Source: an uncultured Gammaproteobacteria bacterium
Lineage (GTDB): Bacteria; Pseudomonadota; Gammaproteobacteria; GCA-002705445; GCA-002716945
Assembly: GCA_905479195.1 (NCBI GenBank)
Contig: CAJQLO010000001.1
Coordinates: forward strand, 368,694 to 432,693
Length of the DNA stretch: 64,000 nucleotides
Direction: 5' to 3'
Part shown: positions 1-7,898 of the stretch, one piece after another
Layout: every line of letters begins with the position of its first letter
Position numbering within the stretch: the stretch's first letter is position 1
Translations under genes and position numbers: made by a program
The notes under the pieces: generated by a model
The model's input: the letters and a program-made list of their open reading frames with translations, nothing else
What the model was told of the DNA's origin: nothing
Databases searched by the model: none

Positions 1-98
1 CTATTTACAATCACTAAATATAAGTTACTATATAAGAACAATATATTGATATATAACATTAATATATCAGTAAATACTAATAAAGAGGAGATAATGAT

Positions 99-371
99 AT
101 GGGATTTCTATTCGGTAAAACAGCTATGGGTACTTATGTGGTCGTGGCGTTCTGGGTAGCCTGTTACTACTTCTTCAGCGGTATGTTTCCAATGTGGCAT
201 TTTGCTGCTGGATCAATGCCTGGGTTAGCTGGTTGGCCTGTAGCACTATTAATAGGTTTTCTATTAATTGTTGCAAATATGATAAGTGTATACTTATTCA
301 TTAAGGTTGCTGGTAATCGACCATGGGAGTGGTTTGAAGATGGAGTCTACGGACCAGGAGATGAGGGGTAA
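99..371 (+). CDS. small hypothetical membrane protein (90 aa, two predicted TM helices, Trp/His-rich)
   Basis: A strong Shine-Dalgarno (AAGAGGAG) sits 8 nt upstream of the ATG, after an AT-rich non-coding leader. The protein has hydrophobic stretches VVVAFWVACYYFF and VALLIGFLLIVANMISVYLF. Codon usage is GC-richer than the bulk, like the neighbouring fadL-like/mtoX genes. I recognise no family. Confidence 0.45.
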   Translation: MGFLFGKTAMGTYVVVAFWVACYYFFSGMFPMWHFAAGSMPGLAGWPVALLIGFLLIVANMISVYLFIKVAGNRPWEWFEDGVYGPGDEG

Positions 372-575
372 ACGAATTTAACTATAGGTACTTAATTAGT
401 ACTTTATAGTTGGATCGTTTAATGTTTAGTTTACTAAGCGTTAAATGAAACAAACGATAAAAATGTTTTTATTGTAAATGGAATTATAGGGGGAAGGATT
501 GTTCTTTTATAGACATTGATGTCTAGTCCCCAAGTATAAACGTTATTTATTATATATATATAATGAGGAAAAAAT

Positions 576-2078
576 ATGAAAATTAATAGCAATTGGAAAC
601 TTGGAGCAGCGGTAGGTACAGCCTTATCGATGGGTTCAGGTGCAGCATTTGCCGGACCACATGGTTTCGATCTACACAACGTGTTTCACGGAGCATCAGC
701 CGCTATGGCCGGTACGAGTATTGCACATGTTGAAGATCCAGTATCAGCGGTTTTCGGTAACCCTGCAACATTAACAACTTACTACGGCGGTACTAACTTT
801 ATGTTTGGTGCTACGTTCTATATGCCGCGTGCTCGCATGTCGCATGATGGATCAGCTGGGTATGCAACAGGTGAAGCAACTAATTTAGTAAACATCACTG
901 GCGGCGCTACAGGTAACACTGCAGGGTCTTACCACTTTACTGCTACATCAAAAGCTGATGTATACGCAGTACCAACAGTGGCAGTAACTCAAGACTTAAC
1001 TGGTCTTGGTATTCCTGTCGTTCTTGGTGTTGGTGTATCAGCTACATCTGGTATCGGTGTGGATTATAAACATAATTCAAACTCTTTAGGTGCAGCGGCA
1101 GAGCTTATCAATTTAGGCGTTAACGCTGGTATTGGTATGTCTATGACGCCTAACTTAGATGTTGGTGTATCTGCAACAATTACTTATGCAATGTTAGAAG
1201 CTGGTTTAACAGGTTCTGGCGGCATGACTCATGACATTGGTTTCCGTGCAACAATGGGTGCGCGTATGAAAGTAATGCCTGGTTTAACAGTTGGTGCTTA
1301 CGTGCAAACTGAACAACCGCATGAATATGATAACTTACACGTAACATCTTTCCACGGCAATAATGCTTCGGCTTTAGGTGTAGCTACTGGCCTTGTTCAA
1401 AACCAGGCATATGTTAAATGTAACGGTACAGGTGGCAACGTTTGTAGACAAGATGTGAGAGTAGAGCAACCTATGAACATAGGTCTTGGTTTTGCTTTTG
1501 ACGGTCTAATGAACGGTAACTTGTTAGTTATGCTTGATGTAACACATAAAGCATGGTCTGACGCTAGATTCTTTAATGAATTCTACGAAGACCAAGAAGT
1601 CTACTCAGTAGGTCTTCAGTTAACTCAAGGTCCAATGAAATTTAGACTTGGATACGGTTATGCTGATGATCCTTTAAAGGATAAAGTTGCTGATGGTGTT
1701 CAAATCAAAACTATCGGTGGTGTAAACACTAATGGTAGTACTTATACATCTACAATGTATCCATTGTTTATGTCGTACTTCCAAGCTATGGAAACACCAG
1801 TAATTTATAAACATCGTATATCTGCGGGTCTTGGAATCGATGGATTCTTAGCTCCAATGTTAACGCTTGATACTCATGTTGCATTCCAACTTGAAGAAGA
1901 TAAGTGTTTCGGTGCTAATCAACTTGGAGTTGAATCAATCTATGCTGGCGGAAACGCAGCAGTAGCTGGTACAGCTTTAGCTGGCGGTTTAGTGGGTCAT
2001 GGCTGTGGAGCATTGGATCATACTAAAGCTACAGTATCTTCATTTCACCTTGGTGGATCTTTAACTTGGACTTTCTAA
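576..2078 (+). CDS. FadL/OmpP1/TodX-family outer-membrane channel for hydrophobic compounds (500 aa)
   Basis: The signal peptide ends in an AFA|GPHG cleavage site. The mature N-terminus (AGPHGFDLHNVFHGASAAMAGTSIAHVEDPVSAVFGNPATLT) follows the FadL N-terminal hatch pattern (AGFQLNE...AGxxxAADDASAxxxNPAxLT). The protein is Gly/Thr/Ala-rich with beta-strand periodicity and ends in a C-terminal aromatic residue (...SLTWTF). An RBS GAGGA lies upstream. Confidence 0.7.
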   Translation: MKINSNWKLGAAVGTALSMGSGAAFAGPHGFDLHNVFHGASAAMAGTSIAHVEDPVSAVFGNPATLTTYYGGTNFMFGATFYMPRARMSHDGSAGYATGEATNLVNITGGATGNTAGSYHFTATSKADVYAVPTVAVTQDLTGLGIPVVLGVGVSATSGIGVDYKHNSNSLGAAAELINLGVNAGIGMSMTPNLDVGVSATITYAMLEAGLTGSGGMTHDIGFRATMGARMKVMPGLTVGAYVQTEQPHEYDNLHVTSFHGNNASALGVATGLVQNQAYVKCNGTGGNVCRQDVRVEQPMNIGLGFAFDGLMNGNLLVMLDVTHKAWSDARFFNEFYEDQEVYSVGLQLTQGPMKFRLGYGYADDPLKDKVADGVQIKTIGGVNTNGSTYTSTMYPLFMSYFQAMETPVIYKHRISAGLGIDGFLAPMLTLDTHVAFQLEEDKCFGANQLGVESIYAGGNAAVAGTALAGGLVGHGCGALDHTKATVSSFHLGGSLTWTF

Positions 2079-2104
2079 GTTAACTAGAAGATAATAAAAA
2101 GAAT

Positions 2105-2136
2105 AGAGGGTCACTTGCTTCGGTAGGTGGCCCTCT
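2105..2136 (+). other. intergenic hairpin (10-bp stem AGAGGGTCAC / GTGGCCCTCT with one G-U) between the fadL-like gene and mtoX; there is no U-run, so it may be an RNA-processing or stability element rather than a terminator
   Basis: Inverted repeat read directly from the sequence. Confidence 0.3.
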
Positions 2137-2169
2137 TAAACTAAGCGAAACAAATAGGAGCGCGCAATT

Positions 2170-3540
2170 ATGAAAATAAGAAAACTTATGTCAACCGTAT
2201 ACGGTATGTTGATGTCAAGCTTTCTTGCTTTAGTGCTAGTCCCAACACATGTATTCTCTGATGAGACATGCATGTCACCATATATGGCTAAGATCGTGGG
2301 TCAAGAAGACTACGTCTATGTATGGACTTTAGGACAAGTAGGGGTAGGGGATGAACAAGATAAACTGGTAACAGTTGCTGTTAACCCTGCGTCGCCACAC
2401 TATGGCAATGTAATCGGACATACTTCTGTTGGTGGTCGTAATGAAGCACATCATTCTGGTTTTACAGATGATAGGCATTATTTATGGGCAGCTACATTAG
2501 ATACTGGAAAAATATTTATTTTTGATGTTCACACGAACCCATCTAAACCTAAACTTCATAAAGTTATAACTGACTTTACGAAAGCTAGTGGTGGTATCGT
2601 TGGACCACATACAACATATGCATTACCAGGAAGAATGATGATTTCTGGTCTTTCTAACAACCAAGACTTTGGTGGTAGAACAGCGCTTGTAGAATATACA
2701 AACGATGGTACATATGTAGCTACTTATGACATGCCAACTGACGGTAATTTAAACGGTGCTGTGAAAACAGGACAATTTGCTGACGGTTATGGTTATGACA
2801 TTCGTGCATTACCACGTAGAAATGTAATGATTACATCCTCATTTACTGGATGGAATAACTACATGATGAACCTTGGTAAATTAATGGGCGATGCAGATGC
2901 TATGGGACGATTTGGTAATACAGTCGTTGTTTGGGATCTTCATACTCGTAAACCAAAGAAAGTATTTGACGTACCAGGTGCACCTCTAGAAATTAGATGC
3001 GCATGGGGTTCATCAAACAACTATTGTTTCACAACAACAGCGCTTACTTCTCAAATATGGCTTATCTATGAAAAAGATAACGAATGGCATGCTGAGTCTG
3101 TAGGTACTATTGGTGATCCATCTAAAATTCCACTACCTGTTGATATTTCAATCACAGCTGATGATAAACATCTATGGGTAAACACTTGGAATGATGGAAT
3201 GACAAGAATATTTGATATCTCTGACCCACACAATGCTGTGGAAGTTAAAGCTCATAAAATTGGCGACCAAGTAAACATGCTATCTCAAAGCTGGGATGGA
3301 AATCGTATTTACTTCACAACTTCACTATTATCTAATTGGGATAAAGGTGATGTGCCAGATGTTGAGGGTCCACCACAATTTTTCAAAGCGTATGATCAAA
3401 AGGATAATGATTTAATTCATAAATTCACAATTGATTTCGCTGCAGAAAAACTAGGTATGCCTCATCAAATGAGATTCGGAGCATATTCGTTATATTCGAA
3501 AACAGCAGATAATAAAAATTTAGCAGAACTTAATCGCTAA
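2170..3540 (+). CDS. mtoX: SBP56-family selenium-binding protein / copper-dependent methanethiol oxidase, periplasmic (456 aa)
   Basis: Clear collinearity with SELENBP1/SBP56. LVTVAVNPASPHYGNVIGH...EAHHSGF matches LATVDVDPKSPQYCQVIHR...ELHHSGW. GKIFIFDVHTNPSKPKLHKVI matches [21 protein letters not shown]. There is a C-terminal RIYFTTSLLSNWDKG block. An N-terminal signal peptide and a good RBS (AGGAG) are present. Confidence 0.85.
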   Translation: MKIRKLMSTVYGMLMSSFLALVLVPTHVFSDETCMSPYMAKIVGQEDYVYVWTLGQVGVGDEQDKLVTVAVNPASPHYGNVIGHTSVGGRNEAHHSGFTDDRHYLWAATLDTGKIFIFDVHTNPSKPKLHKVITDFTKASGGIVGPHTTYALPGRMMISGLSNNQDFGGRTALVEYTNDGTYVATYDMPTDGNLNGAVKTGQFADGYGYDIRALPRRNVMITSSFTGWNNYMMNLGKLMGDADAMGRFGNTVVVWDLHTRKPKKVFDVPGAPLEIRCAWGSSNNYCFTTTALTSQIWLIYEKDNEWHAESVGTIGDPSKIPLPVDISITADDKHLWVNTWNDGMTRIFDISDPHNAVEVKAHKIGDQVNMLSQSWDGNRIYFTTSLLSNWDKGDVPDVEGPPQFFKAYDQKDNDLIHKFTIDFAAEKLGMPHQMRFGAYSLYSKTADNKNLAELNR

Positions 3541-3604
3541 ATTGTTGTCATAGTTATTAGACACCCTCATTGGTGGTAAATAACGTAAAATGGCTGTAAA
3601 CACT

Positions 3605-3638
3605 AGGTCGCTTACTTTGCTAAGCGGCCTTTTTTTTT
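3605..3638 (+). terminator. rho-independent terminator after mtoX
   Basis: Stem AGGTCGCTTA, loop CTTTGC, stem TAAGCGGCCT, then a run of nine T (followed by an A-run, so possibly bidirectional). Confidence 0.7.
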
Positions 3639-3692
3639 GGTAAAAAAAACTCTAAAAATTTACAATTAGTTGATTTGTGGTATGATTTTGAT

Positions 3693-5675
3693 ATGGAGAA
3701 ATTAAGGATATATTTACTACTTTTAGTAGTGTTTTTCATCAACCCGAGTTACGCACAAGAACAGAGTTATACATCGACGGTATTAGCACCTGGTTATAAC
3801 CAGCTTACCTTTGACGCACCTGTTCCTGGCTCATATGTAATACCGAGCTATATGCCTGCTTCTAATGGTGATGTAATAGATGTTGATGGCCTTACTAAGT
3901 CACTCCACGATATATATGATGATAAGATTGTACTATTGAATTTCATGTACAGTACTTGTACTGATGTTAATGGCTGCCCATTAGCAACAGCAGTGTTTCA
4001 TAAAATTAAAAATATACTTGATAAAGACCCTGTTATTGGAAAACAAGTAAGCATGATTAGCTTGAGCTTTGATCCTGAAAATGATTCACCTGATGTAATG
4101 AAACTCTATGGAGATGGAACAGATTCTGGCACAGTCGATTGGAAATTTTTAACCACTAACTCAATGAATGATTTGGACCCTATACTCAACAAGTATAGCC
4201 AGCGTATAATTAAAGAATATGATGAGAAAGGAAATTATATTGGTTCTATATCGCATATTCTCAGAGTGTTTCTGATTGATAAAGATAAGAATATAAGAAG
4301 TATTTACAGTGTTTCTTTTTTACATTCTGATGTTTTGATAAATGATATAAAAACACTTTTGCATCCCGAATCTCAAAACGGAACAATGGTAGTTGCTTCT
4401 ACTGTAAATGTTGTCCCATCCGGATCATCTCTTGCAAGGCCAGGTGATGCTAAAGAAGGTTATGAGAGCGGTGATTATGTTACAGATGCTCAGTCACTAG
4501 TAAGAACTGGTGTGGCAACAGATTTATATAAAATCGCTAATTCTCCAATACTGGGGCTGCCTGAATTAAAGATGAAAGAGGGTACTGACCTAACTAGAGA
4601 GAAAATTGCTTTAGGAAGAAAAATGTTTTTTGATAGAAGATTGTCTCACACAGATACAATTTCATGTGCAATATGTCATGTACCAGAAATGGGATTTGCT
4701 CATAATGAGCTTGCAACAGCCGTTGGTACCGAAGGAAGGTCTAATATAAGAAATGCGCCAACTATTTTAAACTCAGCATTATTAACACGTCTATTTCATG
4801 ATGGAAGAGAACACTCTTTAGAGAATCAAGTTTGGGGTCCTTTACTTTCGCATAAGGAAATGGCGAATCCTGCACCTGGATACCTAATTAAAAAGATTAA
4901 AAATATTCCAGACTATGATAATTTATTTGAAGAAGCATATAACACTGGTCCGTCTATTGATACAATCAGCAAAGCATTCGCTGCCTATCAGTATACGCTT
5001 CTAAGTGGCAATTCAGACTTTGATCGCTGGTATTATGGTGGTGAAAGAAATGCTATTTCTAATAGTGCTAAAAAAGGTTTTAAATTGTTTACTGGAAAAG
5101 CTGCATGTATTACATGCCATGTAATTGGGGATGATTATGCTTTATTTACAGATGAAAAACTGCATAACACAGGCATGGGTTTTAAAGCATCTATGCATGT
5201 AGAACCGCCTATGAAGAAAGTTACTTTAGTGCCAGGATTAACCATTGATATTGATACATCTTCCTATAGAGATAATGTGGCCTTTAAAGATGAGATTGCG
5301 CCAAATGATTTAGGTTTATATACAGTAACGCAAGATCCATATGATAGGTGGAAATTTAGAACAGCGAGTTTGCGTAACGTAGAGATTACCGGGCCATACA
5401 TGCATAATGGTGCATTACAGAATTTAAAAGATGTTGTGGAATTTTATAATAAAGGCGGGATTAAAGAATCTGGCAAGATGAAAAATGAGATGCTAAGTCC
5501 TTTAATGTTCCCTTTAAATTTATCTGAAAATGAGATGAATAATATTGTTGATTTCCTTAAAACTTTAACAGGTTCAAATGTTAATGAGCTTATCTTGGAT
5601 GCTAAGGCTGCACCTATTGGTGAGATATCACTAAATGATCCAAACTGGTTTCATGAAAATAAACCAAAATACTAA
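3693..5675 (+). CDS. fusion protein: N-terminal Sco1/SenC-like copper chaperone domain plus C-terminal MauG/di-haem cytochrome c peroxidase domain (about 660 aa; the start could be the upstream ATG at 3675)
   Basis: A signal peptide starts at MEKLRIYLLLLVVFFINPSYA. Residues ~80-230 carry the Sco1 pattern (LLNFMYSTCTDVNGCP...ISLSFDPENDSPDVMKLYG...HILRVFLIDKDKNIRSIY). The C-terminal half has two CxxCH haem motifs in CCP/MauG context (LGRKMFFDRRLSHTDTISCAICH... and GFKLFTGKAACITCH...YMHNGAL). Sco1/SenC and MauG genes follow mtoX in Hyphomicrobium as separate genes. Confidence 0.75.
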   Translation: MEKLRIYLLLLVVFFINPSYAQEQSYTSTVLAPGYNQLTFDAPVPGSYVIPSYMPASNGDVIDVDGLTKSLHDIYDDKIVLLNFMYSTCTDVNGCPLATAVFHKIKNILDKDPVIGKQVSMISLSFDPENDSPDVMKLYGDGTDSGTVDWKFLTTNSMNDLDPILNKYSQRIIKEYDEKGNYIGSISHILRVFLIDKDKNIRSIYSVSFLHSDVLINDIKTLLHPESQNGTMVVASTVNVVPSGSSLARPGDAKEGYESGDYVTDAQSLVRTGVATDLYKIANSPILGLPELKMKEGTDLTREKIALGRKMFFDRRLSHTDTISCAICHVPEMGFAHNELATAVGTEGRSNIRNAPTILNSALLTRLFHDGREHSLENQVWGPLLSHKEMANPAPGYLIKKIKNIPDYDNLFEEAYNTGPSIDTISKAFAAYQYTLLSGNSDFDRWYYGGERNAISNSAKKGFKLFTGKAACITCHVIGDDYALFTDEKLHNTGMGFKASMHVEPPMKKVTLVPGLTIDIDTSSYRDNVAFKDEIAPNDLGLYTVTQDPYDRWKFRTASLRNVEITGPYMHNGALQNLKDVVEFYNKGGIKESGKMKNEMLSPLMFPLNLSENEMNNIVDFLKTLTGSNVNELILDAKAAPIGEISLNDPNWFHENKPKY

Positions 5676-5681
5676 GGTTAT

Positions 5682-6203
5682 ATGAAAAAATTATTATCGA
5701 TATTTGTTTTACTGCCTACGCTTTTTTTTACATATAATTTAAATGCATCTGGCTACTTAATGGACCCTATGCCTAGCCATGAAAGAGCTCCAGAATTTAG
5801 TTTGATAGGCATGGATGAAAAAGTCCATACGTTAAAAAGCTTAGAAGGAAAATTCTTGTTAGTAAATTTTTGGGCTACTTGGTGTAATCCTTGTAAAGCT
5901 GAGATGCCTACCTTAGAAGCTATACACAAAAGATTTGATAATGAAAAATTCACTGTTATAGGAATTCATGTTGGACCAGGACCTGAAAATATTCGAAATT
6001 ATTTAGATATAAGCCCTGTGTCTTTTCCAATTTTTATTGATATGGATTTAGAGTATGACTGGGGAGTTCCTGGATTGCCGACAACATTTTTGATTAGCCC
6101 AGAAGGTAACATGTTATATAGAGCAGTAGGGAAAAGAGATTTTTCTTCTCCAGATATGGAATCATTTTTTATTAAGTTAGTAGATGAACACTTTGGAAAA
6201 TAA
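5682..6203 (+). CDS. periplasmic TlpA/ResA-family thiol:disulfide oxidoreductase (thioredoxin fold, 173 aa)
   Basis: Signal peptide plus the WATWCNPC active-site motif (a WCxxC thioredoxin motif in TlpA context). Separated by 6 nt from the upstream gene. Confidence 0.8.
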   Translation: MKKLLSIFVLLPTLFFTYNLNASGYLMDPMPSHERAPEFSLIGMDEKVHTLKSLEGKFLLVNFWATWCNPCKAEMPTLEAIHKRFDNEKFTVIGIHVGPGPENIRNYLDISPVSFPIFIDMDLEYDWGVPGLPTTFLISPEGNMLYRAVGKRDFSSPDMESFFIKLVDEHFGK

Positions 6204-6207
6204 TACT

Positions 6208-7005
6208 TTATAGTTTAAATAAAAAAACTTCTGAAAGATTATTACTATTTGTATTCCCATAATATCTTATTAAATTTTTATTTTCTAAAAATATTTTTTT
6301 ACTGATTACATTTGATATTTCTTTAAAGTAAAATTTTGTAAAATTATATTCAGCATCATTAGATCTGGCGTACTCTTTAACTACTTTCTTGTCTTTTGTA
6401 AAAATAGTTCCACGCTTTATGCCTTCAGCAAATATTTTACCTATCTTTCCCTTTATGATAATTGTCCCAGATAGCATATCATTACAAGCATAATCACCTA
6501 TATTACCCTCTATAATTACATTACCTCTCCGCATTCTCTCAATGGAATTATTTCCAACATTACCTTTTACATATAAGAAACCATCAACTATACCAACATT
6601 TCCATGATTAGTTTTCCCACCTGTATAGTCACCAGAGTTTCCATATATAAATATAGAGCCTCCTTTAATTCCAGATGCTGCATAATCTAGTGCATTACCA
6701 TATAATATAAGTTTTCCAGAAAGCATTTGTTCGCCAAATGAATAACCAACATTTCCATGAACGGTAATATTAATATTATTTAACTCTTTGCCGATATTAT
6801 CCATTAAATCAACTGAAGATTGGATAATAATGTTTTTTATATCATTACCCTTTATGCTGAAAAGCTCTTTAACTTTAAACTGTTTATTTCCATAAGATAT
6901 AATCTGAGATGAAAGCCTAGATATATCTTTATAAGAATTAGATAAGAATGACATATCTATCCTATATTTTATTTTCTTCTTTAGTTTTAGTATCACTGGA
7001 TTCAT
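6208..7005 (-). CDS. fhcC: formyltransferase/hydrolase complex subunit C (FwdC/FhcC-like beta-helix protein)
   Basis: Repeated GN(V/I)G..G beta-helix motifs (HGNVGYSFG, YGNALDYAASG, YGNSGDYTGG, KGNVGNN, EGNIGDYAC) typical of FwdC. 4-nt ATGA overlap with fhcD. Confidence 0.75.
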   Translation of the reverse strand: MNPVILKLKKKIKYRIDMSFLSNSYKDISRLSSQIISYGNKQFKVKELFSIKGNDIKNIIIQSSVDLMDNIGKELNNINITVHGNVGYSFGEQMLSGKLILYGNALDYAASGIKGGSIFIYGNSGDYTGGKTNHGNVGIVDGFLYVKGNVGNNSIERMRRGNVIIEGNIGDYACNDMLSGTIIIKGKIGKIFAEGIKRGTIFTKDKKVVKEYARSNDAEYNFTKFYFKEISNVISKKIFLENKNLIRYYGNTNSNNLSEVFLFKL

Positions 7006-7898
7006 TTCATGACTTTCCTTAAATGGAAATGATATTGCCCTAATTTACCACCATAATTTCCTGCAGATATGGCAACTATATCTTTTTTTATTTTCATTTT
7101 AGAAATACTTTGTATCGAAGTTTTTATTGCCTCATTGATATCATCAAATGTCAGTCCATTGATAACTATTTCCATCACACAATTTACATTAGCTGGTAGA
7201 GTACTCTTTGTAATACTCTTTAGTGTTGGACAAAAAGCGTCATTAGTAGATGCTATTAAAGCCTTGTATTTTGAACCAACTTTTGATCCAGACCTCACAA
7301 CCCCGCCAGGAAAAGGAGTTATAATATTTGGCTGATTTTTGATTGAATTTATTGCTGTCTCACAGGCAGACAAGCATGATTTTCTATTAGTACTCAATAC
7401 TAAAAAATTACCACCACCTATTGCTGGTACACGTGCAGTTGATTCTTCACAAAGAAATTCTCCATCCATGACTGGTATACGCCAAAATCTTCTGTCTTGT
7501 ATTTTTTTTGATATTTGATGGCCATCACCAAAGTATCTTAAGTTTTTACCTAAAGGAATTACATCTTCTCCGATCATCCCAGAAAATATAGCGGTTGTTG
7601 GGCAAGTGAGAATACACTGACCAACCCTGACCTCTAATTGCTTTTCTAGCTGACTTCTAGACATTGAAAATAGTAAGATTGAATAGCCTGGCCTGTTATC
7701 AGGTGTTTCTGACGATTTTAATTGTTTTTCGATGCCAGCTTCTATGCCGCATGCAATAACTGATGTAGCAAATCCAGTAAAAGAGTCACAGGCATGTTTT
7801 GCCCATTTTAAATTATCTGCTGTTACGATTATACGACTGGCTTTCATATTAAAAGCTTCGGCAAACGTATTATCTATTTTTATACCATTATAAATCAT
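7002..7898 (-). CDS. fhcD: formylmethanofuran:tetrahydromethanopterin formyltransferase (Ftr/FhcD)
   Basis: N-terminus MIYNGIKIDNTFAEAFNMKASRIIVTA matches the Ftr N-terminus (xINGVEIEDTFAEAFxMxGTRVLITA). Length 298 aa. Embedded in the fhc operon. Confidence 0.85.
   Translation of the reverse strand: MIYNGIKIDNTFAEAFNMKASRIIVTADNLKWAKHACDSFTGFATSVIACGIEAGIEKQLKSSETPDNRPGYSILLFSMSRSQLEKQLEVRVGQCILTCPTTAIFSGMIGEDVIPLGKNLRYFGDGHQISKKIQDRRFWRIPVMDGEFLCEESTARVPAIGGGNFLVLSTNRKSCLSACETAINSIKNQPNIITPFPGGVVRSGSKVGSKYKALIASTNDAFCPTLKSITKSTLPANVNCVMEIVINGLTFDDINEAIKTSIQSISKMKIKKDIVAISAGNYGGKLGQYHFHLRKVMK

Noticed and set aside
434-679. Antisense/shadow ORFs from the six-frame track (for example 434-679(-), 5753-5953(-), 7069-7335(+), 8495-8683(+), 9846-10442(+), 12012-12482(-), 14243-14599(-), 15906-16112(-), 16816-17130(-), 29352-29831(-), 55414-56712(-) and similar)
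   Set aside because: Each lies wholly inside a strongly supported gene on the opposite strand. They have low-complexity or composition-driven sequence, no RBS and no recognisable motifs. They are typical frame shadows of AT-rich coding sequence.
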